Program-made: the position numbers and the translations under genes
NCBI GenBank assembly: GCA_030604855.1
Contig: JAUVVC010000007.1
Span: forward strand, 38,748 to 70,747
DNA length: 32,000 nt
Reading direction: 5' to 3'
DNA from: Erysipelotrichaceae bacterium
Lineage (GTDB): Bacteria; Bacillota_I; Bacilli_A; Erysipelotrichales; Erysipelotrichaceae
Notes under the pieces: generated by a model
Database searches by the model: none
What the model saw: the letters and a program-made list of their open reading frames with translations, nothing else
Told to the model about the DNA's origin: nothing
In this document: piece by piece, positions 10,106 through 16,872 of the stretch
How the letters are laid out: every line of letters begins with the position of its first letter
Position numbering within the stretch: position 1 is the first letter of the stretch

Positions 10106-11999
10106 AGTTCAAATAGCCTCCTTGAGTCAAGATTTCACGCTCCCTCAAAGTAGCACTCAGTGTTACTGTTATTTCTTTTTGTTTTGTTTTATTGAAAACG
10201 CTGAAACGTTCATCCTGTTTCACATGTTCAAATAGATTGCGGAATTCAAGTTCATCCAACACGTCAAACTCGCCTTCTTCAATGACCAGAGGTAGAATCC
10301 CCACATTAATCAGATTGGAACGATGGATGCGTGCATAACTCTTTGCCAAGACCGCTTTGACGCCAAGATATAAAGGAATCAAAGCCGCATGTTCACGTGA
10401 TGAACCTTGACCATAGTTCTCACCCCCGATGATGATTCCACCCTTGAGTGCTTTGACACGCTTCACAAATTCAGGATCGGTCCCATGGAAACAATAATCC
10501 GCTAAATAGGGAATATTGGAACGATACGGCAAAAGTTTCGCATACGATGGCACAATGTCATCGGTCGTCACGTTATCCTTCGTGATCAAGATGACTTGAC
10601 TGTCAAATCGATCCACAAGGTGCTCTGCTTTTGGGAAAGGCTGAATATTTGGACCTAAGGCAATTTCGATTGAGTTTGGATTATCACTTGGATAAATGAA
10701 GTAACCATCAACTTTACCAAAAGAATCGGGCTCTTGGATGTCCAATTTCAAATCAAGTTGACTTGGATCTGTTAATACACCCATCAATGCGGAAGCCGCA
10801 GCTGTTTCAGGCGAGACCAAATAGACTTGCGCATTGGATGTTCCCGATCGACCTTTGAAATTCCGATTGAATGAGCGCACAGAGATTCCATTTGAACGCG
10901 GTGCTTGACCCATCCCGATACAGGGACCACAAGACGATTCCAAGATGCGTGCACCGGCCGATATCAAGGTTGACAAACCGCCGTTTTCTGACAACAATCT
11001 CAAAATATTCGCCGAACCTGGTGAAATAACCAGACTGACATCGGGGTGAATGGTTTTTCCTCTTAAGATCTCTACAACTTTCATCATGTCGGTATAGGAT
11101 GAGTTCGTACAACTTCCAACCGCGACTTGATCGACTTTCAAACCCGCCACTTCATGCACTTCAACCACATTGTCGGGCATGTGTGGTTGAGCAACCATCG
11201 GTTTAAGTTGACTCAAGTCGATGGTCAATGTTTGATCGTATTCCGCATTTTCATCTGCAGTCAAAGCCACAAAGTCTTGAGCACGTTCTTGTTGGGTCAA
11301 GTAGCGTAAGGTATTCTCATCACTAGGAAAGATGGATGTCGTCGCGCCTAATTCAGCCCCCATGTTGCACACGGTGGCACGATCGGTGACACTGAGATGA
11401 CGGAGTCCATCACCACTATATTCCATGATGAAACCAACACCGCCTGTCACTTTGAGTTGTTGGAGAACTTTCAGGATGATGTCCTTGCCATTAATATAAG
11501 GATGTGGTTTGTTTATTAGCTTGATGTTGAATATTCTTGGCATGACGATCGTCGTCCTGCCTGTCGCCATGGCTACCGCCACATCCAAACCGCCCATTCC
11601 AATCGCAATCGCACCTAAACCTCCTGCGGTTGGGGTATGACTGTCAGAGCCTAAGAGTATCGTTCCGGGTTTGGCGAAACGTTCCAAATGAACTTGATGA
11701 CAAATGCCTGCTCCTGGTTTACTGAAGATGATGCCATGTTTCTGGGCTACGGATTGGATGAAGGCATGGTCATCCGCATTTTCGAAGCCGGTTTGAAGCA
11801 TGTTGTGATCAATGTATGCGACGCTCAAATCCGTTTTGACCTTTGGCACATCCATCGCTAAAAACTGTAGATACGCCATTGTGCCTGTCGTATCTTGAGT
11901 GAGTGTTTGATTAACTTTCAATTGGACTTCTTGACCAGCGATCAATTGCCCTTTTAAAAGATTTTGCTCAAATATCTTAGTGCTTAAACTCTTTTTCAT
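10086..11999 (-). CDS. Aconitate hydratase (~640-aa single-chain aconitase-family enzyme with fused swivel domain)
   Basis: Motifs LLGSDSHTPTAGGLG, GSCTNSSY and SCGPCIGMG (Fe-S ligands), plus the C-terminal swivel GGENYGQGSSREHAA. I prefer the second ATG (11999, MKKSLSTK...), which has GGAG 7 nt upstream, over the track start at 12020. Confidence 0.85.
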   Translation of the reverse strand: MKKSLSTKIFEQNLLKGQLIAGQEVQLKVNQTLTQDTTGTMAYLQFLAMDVPKVKTDLSVAYIDHNMLQTGFENADDHAFIQSVAQKHGIIFSKPGAGICHQVHLERFAKPGTILLGSDSHTPTAGGLGAIAIGMGGLDVAVAMATGRTTIVMPRIFNIKLINKPHPYINGKDIILKVLQQLKVTGGVGFIMEYSGDGLRHLSVTDRATVCNMGAELGATTSIFPSDENTLRYLTQQERAQDFVALTADENAEYDQTLTIDLSQLKPMVAQPHMPDNVVEVHEVAGLKVDQVAVGSCTNSSYTDMMKVVEILRGKTIHPDVSLVISPGSANILRLLSENGGLSTLISAGARILESSCGPCIGMGQAPRSNGISVRSFNRNFKGRSGTSNAQVYLVSPETAAASALMGVLTDPSQLDLKLDIQEPDSFGKVDGYFIYPSDNPNSIEIALGPNIQPFPKAEHLVDRFDSQVILITKDNVTTDDIVPSYAKLLPYRSNIPYLADYCFHGTDPEFVKRVKALKGGIIIGGENYGQGSSREHAALIPLYLGVKAVLAKSYARIHRSNLINVGILPLVIEEGEFDVLDELEFRNLFEHVKQDERFSVFNKTKQKEITVTLSATLREREILTQGGYLNYAKSIA

Positions 12000-12022
12000 C
12001 GTATTTCTCCAAAGATACATTC

Positions 12023-12051
12023 ATTCTAAGTCGGGTTGATCTTATAAACAA
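12023..12051 (-). promoter_or_regulatory. Candidate promoter for the aconitase-icd-citrate synthase unit: TTGTTT-17-TAGAAT
   Basis: On the minus strand, TTGTTT lies at 12051..12046, followed by a 17-nt spacer and TAGAAT at 12028..12023. It is ~25 nt upstream of the aconitase start and immediately downstream of the tandem CodY-like boxes. Confidence 0.45.
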
Positions 12052-12054
12052 GTC

Positions 12055-12080
12055 TATTTTCTGAAAGTTTTCTGAAAGTT
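12055..12080. promoter_or_regulatory. Tandem CodY-box-like operator (two 15-mers overlapping by 4 nt)
   Basis: TATTTTCTGAAAGTT (12055..12069) and AGTTTTCTGAAAGTT (12066..12080) each match the CodY consensus AATTTTCWGAAAATT at 13/15 positions. The unit TTTTCTGAAAG repeats with an 11-nt period. Confidence 0.6.
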
Positions 12081-12159
12081 ATTCTTTTTTTCGTTGCTCA
12101 TCTCAGCAGAAACATGGTGATGAACATGGATAGGCTTAGTAAAGGTCGGAAAGAAAAGC

Positions 12160-13776
12160 CTAACCCAAACTTCCTCTGAGTTTTCCAAGTTTAACAATCC
12201 ATTCCTTCAATATCTTCATTTCTTCTTCGTGATCGTCAAACAAGTCCTTCTGCTTACCCAAATTATGCAATAGAATCGGTCGTATCGCTTTAAGCAAGGT
12301 ATGATAGAAAGCATCTTCACGATACGCTTCATCGGGTTCTTTTAAATGCAGATATTCGATCGCATACAACACATCCTTTTGATAGGCTTCACGTACACGT
12401 TCATCCAGAATTCCTCGACTTACTTTTTGGTTCATGTATTTGAGCGCGAAGTTCAAATCATGTTTCAGTTGCGGATAGGCTTGCAACAGTTCTTTCATAC
12501 CCTCTTGTCCAAATTTCTCGTTGATCTCATGGAGACCTCTACCAACGCCAATGAACTCCGGAGGCATGCCAATCGTATATAAAGCAGCGGTAAAACTAAT
12601 GGCACGTGGGACCGTGCAATGAATGTCGGTATCGATTGCCAAAAGCTCTGCTTTCAAAGTCGCATCCTCGGTAAGTTCTGCAATTTCAGCCATATGTGCG
12701 ATTTCACGTACATATTCTAGTCCGGTACGGGAGCTTGCCAAACGGTCACGGTTTCGTGGTATCAGTTTGGTGATTTCTTCAAGGGGTGAGATCATATCGA
12801 CAAATGTCGTCATGTAGTGTTTTGTAAAGATTGCGATCATTTCTTGAAGTCGCTTGATCTCTTGATGCGTAAAAGTTCGGGCTTCTGTTAGGGATGCCTC
12901 CACATTCAAGCGATTAACGAGCTTCTTGGTTTCGCTGGATCCGTGGTCGTAACGCATTCCTGATTGAATGGTAAAGGTACGAATTCCCCCATAGGTTTCC
13001 AAGATGCGATCGACGTTCTTCAGATCCAAGTGACCGCGAAAAGGCAAGGCTCCACATCCCAATATCGGGCTGATTTCGACGCCGAGTTCATTGGCAATAG
13101 CTTGTGACTTATGAATCGCAATGATGACCGAAAGCACGGAAGCCATCATGCCGTATGACATGGCTGAATCCGAACGTGCAAACATGACACGAAGCCGCTC
13201 AGGCATGACCTGCTTCGTTTTGAGTTCGTTGAGATACGTTTTGAGGATTTGATCCACTTGAAGTAAAGCTGGGACACTTTCGATCAAAGGAATCAATCGG
13301 ATCGTGTAGGGTTCAAACTGAATCGAATAGTTCTTATTCCCCAACTCAATGACGGAATTGATGCGCTCTTGAATCTGAAGCATTTCTTCGCCACTTTCAA
13401 TCATTGGAACGATGGTTTCAAATATACTTTGACCTTTGTTCGCGTCGAAACATAAGATATTGGTTTCAACCAAAGACATGATGCTCATCAATTGACGGAA
13501 AACCGGCTCCTTTTTCGCATTCGGAATTCGGGGTGTGATAAACGCATCTTGACCTAACTTCATATCTTTCTGGATCAAGCCCATTGCGACTTGCGAAGTC
13601 TGATGATAAGGTGTCATCTTGCCTTCAAAGTCAATCATGACTTCTTCAATGCCTAAACCACCTCTTTCTTGTCCAAGGCAAGCGATAATGGCTTCTTCCG
13701 GTTCTGCTTGAATGGTGATGTATTGGTCTGCGTTATCTGGATGCTGTGTCGCCATTGTGCTGGGTGTTGTTTTCAT
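12160..13776 (-). CDS. ppcA: Archaeal-type phosphoenolpyruvate carboxylase
   Basis: 538 aa. Has N-terminal MATQHPDN, FARSDSAMSYGMMASVLSV, GALPFRGHL, TIQSGMRYDH and PRAISFTAALYTIGMPPEFIG, and a C-terminal ...RGSLG. These match, block for block, the ~510-540-aa archaeal-type PEPC family (for example the Sulfolobus enzyme, recalled from memory). GGAGG lies 6 nt before the ATG. Confidence 0.9.
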   Translation of the reverse strand: MKTTPSTMATQHPDNADQYITIQAEPEEAIIACLGQERGGLGIEEVMIDFEGKMTPYHQTSQVAMGLIQKDMKLGQDAFITPRIPNAKKEPVFRQLMSIMSLVETNILCFDANKGQSIFETIVPMIESGEEMLQIQERINSVIELGNKNYSIQFEPYTIRLIPLIESVPALLQVDQILKTYLNELKTKQVMPERLRVMFARSDSAMSYGMMASVLSVIIAIHKSQAIANELGVEISPILGCGALPFRGHLDLKNVDRILETYGGIRTFTIQSGMRYDHGSSETKKLVNRLNVEASLTEARTFTHQEIKRLQEMIAIFTKHYMTTFVDMISPLEEITKLIPRNRDRLASSRTGLEYVREIAHMAEIAELTEDATLKAELLAIDTDIHCTVPRAISFTAALYTIGMPPEFIGVGRGLHEINEKFGQEGMKELLQAYPQLKHDLNFALKYMNQKVSRGILDERVREAYQKDVLYAIEYLHLKEPDEAYREDAFYHTLLKAIRPILLHNLGKQKDLFDDHEEEMKILKEWIVKLGKLRGSLG

Positions 13777-13787
13777 TTCTTTCCTCC

Positions 13788-13818
13788 AATAAAAAAAGTC
13801 GAATCATAAAATTCGGCT
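13788..13818 (-). terminator. Hairpin plus U-tract between the DUF2294 gene and ppcA (terminator or attenuator)
   Basis: Minus strand reads AGCCGAAT-TTTATG-ATTCGACT (8-bp stem with one C.A mismatch), then TTTTTTTATT running directly into the ppcA Shine-Dalgarno GGAGG. Confidence 0.5.
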
Positions 13819-13860
13819 TACAAGTTGACTGGTCTGACCCTTCAATCGTCTTCCGTGTGT

Positions 13861-14214
13861 TTATTCAGTTTCAATATCCTTGTCCGCAATCAAGACGATG
13901 ATCTTCTCACCCGTTACGGTGCTCACGTCCGAATGAACGCTGATGAACTGGATATTGAGAACGGATTGAACCGTTTCAATAAGTTGTGTCTGTGCATTCT
14001 CAAACAATGCACGACGATGTTGCTTGATTAACTCAACGCCTTCTTTTGTAGAAGCCAAATTCTTCTCTGAAACGCTTAAAAACCCTTTGAGTCGAATGAT
14101 TATCATATCATGTACGATGTTCGTTCGAATCTTCTCAGGACCTCGTCCCATATACTCGACTTCAAATTTACTCATTGCTTCGCTGATTCTCGCTTCAATT
14201 TGTCCTTTTGTCAT
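13861..14214 (-). CDS. DUF2294 / MpsC-like small cytoplasmic protein, function unknown
   Basis: 117 aa. MTKGQIEARISEAMSKFEVEYMGRGPEKIRTNIVHDMIIIRLKGFLS..EKNLA.T.EG.ELIKQ.R..L resembles my recollection of the DUF2294 (Pfam PF10057, MpsC) family pattern. AGAGGA lies upstream of the ATG. The family assignment is from memory and needs HMM confirmation. Confidence 0.6.
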   Translation of the reverse strand: MTKGQIEARISEAMSKFEVEYMGRGPEKIRTNIVHDMIIIRLKGFLSVSEKNLASTKEGVELIKQHRRALFENAQTQLIETVQSVLNIQFISVHSDVSTVTGEKIIVLIADKDIETE

Positions 14215-14246
14215 CGTTGTCCTCTGCTTGTGGATTAAGCAAGATT

Positions 14247-14275
14247 ATCTTAGATTATCTGCGTATGAAATACAA
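14247..14275 (-). promoter_or_regulatory. Candidate promoter for the DUF2294-ppcA unit: TTGTAT-17-TAAGAT
   Basis: On the minus strand, TTGTAT lies at 14275..14270, followed by a 17-nt spacer and TAAGAT at 14252..14247. The -35 lies 4 nt from the CodY-like boxes. Confidence 0.35.
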
Positions 14276-14279
14276 GAAA

Positions 14280-14305
14280 TATTTTCTGAAAGTTTTCTGA
14301 AAATA
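14280..14305. promoter_or_regulatory. Tandem CodY-box-like operator between divergent promoters
   Basis: TATTTTCTGAAAGTT (14280..14294) and AGTTTTCTGAAAATA (14291..14305) each match the CodY consensus at 13/15. Positions 14280..14302 are identical to 12055..12077. Confidence 0.6.
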
Positions 14306-14334
14306 TTGTCAGTATGCACAAGATGTGTTTTAAT
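14306..14334 (+). promoter_or_regulatory. Candidate promoter for the aminotransferase: TTGTCA-17-TTTAAT with a TG extension
   Basis: TTGTCA lies at 14306..14311, TG at 14326..14327 and TTTAAT at 14329..14334. GAGGT lies 6 nt before the ATG at 14360. The -35 abuts the CodY-like boxes. Confidence 0.4.
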
Positions 14335-14359
14335 TGAAACATTAAGTTGAGGTAAAGCC

Positions 14360-15538
14360 ATGGACTATCGCTTCGCTCGTCGAGCTACATTGACACAAGA
14401 CTCCTTCATTACAGAAATCTTTAAGTATTTACAAGATAAGGAGGTTATCTCATTTTCAGGTGGATTCCCAAACCCTTTGACATTTCCATTGACTGAATTA
14501 CAAGTCAGTGCGCAGAAGGTTTTCCTCAATGAAGGCTCGTCTGTTTTACAATACGCGACGACCAATGGGGATCTGGATTTACGTCGATTCATCTCTGAGC
14601 GTTATCATGTCCGCCAAAGCATCGAAATTCCTGCGGATCAAATCCTGATCACTAGTGGATCCCAGCAAGCACTCGACTACATTGGTAAAGTCTTTCTTGA
14701 ACCCGGTGATACAATCTTGATTGAAGAACCTTCCTATCTTGGGGCCATACAAACCTTCACCTCATATGAAGTGGATATTCAAACGGTGAAGTTAGAGGAA
14801 GATGGTATTGATCTTATCGATCTTGAGGCAAAAATCATACATCATAACCCTAAATTGATATACCTGATTCCAAGTTTTCAGAACCCCAGTGGAATCTCAT
14901 ACAGCCAAGACAAACGCAAGGCTGTTGCAAAGATGCTTGATAAACACAATGTCATCTTAATCGAAGATGACCCTTATAATGAACTTTATTATAAAGGAAG
15001 CGTCCAACAGCCCATCAGCTCATACTTAAAGGATAAATCGCTCTTATTAGGTAGCTTCTCGAAGACCATTTCGCCCGGGATGCGGGTCGGGTGGGTCTGC
15101 GCAAGCATAGAGGTATACAAGAAATTGTTTACTGCGAAAGAAGCCAGCGATCTACACTCAAGCTCATTGGACCAAAGAATTTTAGTCAACTATTTGATAG
15201 ACAATGACTATGATGAACATCTCAATGCACTTCGCACACGTTATGCCCTCCAACATCAAATCATGTTGGATGCGATTGCTCGCTACTTCCCTAAAGAAGT
15301 CAAAGTGTATCCGAGCAGTGGTGGGATGTTTGTTTGGTTGGAACTGCCTGAAGGCATGTCTTCCGTCAAACTATTCTATGAAGCCGTTAAAGATAAAGTC
15401 GTCTTCGTACCTGGTGATCCGTTTTACGTAAACAAGAAGCATGCCAACTCCCTTCGATTAAGTTTTGCGAATGAAACAGCAGAACGTATCACTGAAGGCA
15501 TTCGACGCTTAGGCAATCTTATCCAACAAAGCATTTAA
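14360..15538 (+). CDS. PLP-dependent class I/II aminotransferase (2-aminoadipate/aromatic aminotransferase-like, 2-oxoglutarate/glutamate-coupled family)
   Basis: 392 aa. Has N-terminal ISFSGGFPNPLTFP, FQNPSG, and the PLP-lysine motif SFSKTISPGMRVGW. This is the only plus-strand gene in the window. Confidence 0.85.
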   Translation: MDYRFARRATLTQDSFITEIFKYLQDKEVISFSGGFPNPLTFPLTELQVSAQKVFLNEGSSVLQYATTNGDLDLRRFISERYHVRQSIEIPADQILITSGSQQALDYIGKVFLEPGDTILIEEPSYLGAIQTFTSYEVDIQTVKLEEDGIDLIDLEAKIIHHNPKLIYLIPSFQNPSGISYSQDKRKAVAKMLDKHNVILIEDDPYNELYYKGSVQQPISSYLKDKSLLLGSFSKTISPGMRVGWVCASIEVYKKLFTAKEASDLHSSSLDQRILVNYLIDNDYDEHLNALRTRYALQHQIMLDAIARYFPKEVKVYPSSGGMFVWLELPEGMSSVKLFYEAVKDKVVFVPGDPFYVNKKHANSLRLSFANETAERITEGIRRLGNLIQQSI

Positions 15539-15561
15539 AGACATCCTCTGGATGTCTTTTT
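15537..15561 (+). terminator. Rho-independent terminator of the aminotransferase gene
   Basis: AAAGACATCC-TCT-GGATGTCTTT is a perfect 10-bp stem that starts inside the TAA stop, followed by TT. Confidence 0.8.
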
Positions 15562-15571
15562 GCATAGATAG

Positions 15572-15595
15572 AAAAAAGCCAGTTTGCACTGGCTT
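15572..15595 (-). terminator. Rho-independent terminator of tuf
   Basis: Minus strand reads AAGCCAGT-GCAA-ACTGGCTT (8-bp stem with a GNRA-like loop), then TTTTTT. It lies 17 nt after the tuf stop. Confidence 0.8.
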
Positions 15596-15611
15596 TAAGC
15601 TTTTTGACTGA

Positions 15612-16796
15612 TTAAGCGATGATGGAAATAACGTTTCCAGCACCGACAGTACGGCCACCTTCACGGATGGAGAAAGTCGTACCTTGTTCAACAGCGATAG
15701 GAGCGATCAAAGTAACTTCCATTTCGACGTTGTCACCTGGCATAACCATTTCAACGCCTTCTGGCAATTTGATAACACCCGTAACGTCTGTCGTACGGAA
15801 GTAGAATTGAGGACGGTAGTTCGCAACGAATGGTGTGTGACGTCCGCCTTCTTCTTTACTCAAAACGTAAACTTGCGCCTTGAATTGAGTGTGAGGTTTA
15901 ACGGATCCTGGTTTTGCCAAGACTTGTCCACGTTCAATTTCGTCACGGTTGACACCACGGAGCAATGCACCGATGTTATCACCAGCAGAAGCGAAGTCCA
16001 ACAATTTACGGAACATTTCGATACCCGTAACAACGGTTTTCTTTGTGTCATGCAAACCAACGATTTCAACTTCTTCAGACAATTTCAACATACCACGTTC
16101 AACACGACCTGTCGCAACAGTACCACGACCTGTGATTGTGAAGACATCTTCAACGCTCATCAAGAAAGGTTTGTCCGTTTCACGAACTGGGTTAGGAATG
16201 TATGCATCAACTGCATCCATCAATTCGCCCAATTTAGCTTCCCATTTTGGATCGCCTTCGCCGCCCTTAAGAGCAGAACCACGGATAACTGGCGCATTAT
16301 CGCCATCAAAACCGTTAGCACTCAAGAGTTCACGAACTTCCATTTCAACTAAATCGATCAATTCTTCATCATCGACCATATCGCACTTGTTCAAGAAGAC
16401 AACCATGTATGGTACACCAACTTGGTGTGCCAACAAGATGTGTTCGCGAGTTTGTGGCATTGGTCCGTCTGTTGCGGCTACGACCAAGATCGCACCGTCC
16501 ATTTGAGCAGCACCGGTGATCATGTTCTTAACATAGTCGGCGTGTCCTGGGCAGTCTACGTGTGCGTAGTGACGAGCAGCAGTTTGGTACTCAACGTGAG
16601 CGGTATTGATGGTGATACCACGAGCTTTTTCTTCAGGTGCACCATCGATTTGGTCATATGCCATTACTTTAGCACCACCGGACTTAGCCAAGTAATGCGT
16701 GATCGCTGCCGTTAAAGTAGTTTTACCGTGGTCAACGTGGCCAATGGTTCCAATATTTACGTGCGGTTTGGATCGGTCAAATTTTTCTTTTCCCAT
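15612..16796 (-). CDS. tuf: Elongation factor Tu
   Basis: 394 aa, [33 protein letters not shown]...DCPGHADY...NKCD. Canonical EF-Tu. Confidence 0.99.
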   Translation of the reverse strand: MGKEKFDRSKPHVNIGTIGHVDHGKTTLTAAITHYLAKSGGAKVMAYDQIDGAPEEKARGITINTAHVEYQTAARHYAHVDCPGHADYVKNMITGAAQMDGAILVVAATDGPMPQTREHILLAHQVGVPYMVVFLNKCDMVDDEELIDLVEMEVRELLSANGFDGDNAPVIRGSALKGGEGDPKWEAKLGELMDAVDAYIPNPVRETDKPFLMSVEDVFTITGRGTVATGRVERGMLKLSEEVEIVGLHDTKKTVVTGIEMFRKLLDFASAGDNIGALLRGVNRDEIERGQVLAKPGSVKPHTQFKAQVYVLSKEEGGRHTPFVANYRPQFYFRTTDVTGVIKLPEGVEMVMPGDNVEMEVTLIAPIAVEQGTTFSIREGGRTVGAGNVISIIA

Positions 16797-16840
16797 AATC
16801 TTAAATTTCCTCCTAATTGGTTTTTGTAAAATGCAATTCT

Positions 16841-16869
16841 ATTTTATGCTAATCCCTAGTATAAATCAA
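16841..16869 (-). promoter_or_regulatory. Candidate internal promoter for tuf: TTGATT-17-TAAAAT
   Basis: In the 76-nt fusA-tuf spacer, the minus strand has TTGATT at 16869..16864, a 17-nt spacer and TAAAAT at 16846..16841. Secondary tuf promoters are known in other bacteria. Confidence 0.5.
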
Positions 16870-16872
16870 GGA

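Noticed and set aside
12000-12020. Upstream ATG (12020) as the aconitase start
   Set aside because: It would place the GGAG inside the coding sequence. The ATG at 11999 has GGAG at 7-nt spacing. It cannot be fully excluded without N-terminal data.
12081-12159. Mini-ORFs in the ppcA-aconitase spacer (minus MFITMFLLR; plus MVMNMDRLSKGRKEKPNPNFL)
   Set aside because: They have no Shine-Dalgarno sequences. The plus-strand ORF overlaps the ppcA 3' end antisense. They are too short to support without conservation data.
14874-14888. Third CodY-like site AGTTTTCAGAACCCC inside the aminotransferase CDS
   Set aside because: It matches the consensus at only 10/15 positions, with the whole 3' half-site degenerate. 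It is intragenic and most likely a chance match.
15619-16715. Several long plus-strand ORFs antisense to tuf (for example 15684..16352 at 222 aa, and 15949..16506 at 185 aa)
   Set aside because: They lie entirely opposite a near-universally conserved EF-Tu coding sequence. They have odd, low-complexity composition (runs of F, N, T, S and P), no SD, and no recognisable family features. They are typical shadow ORFs.
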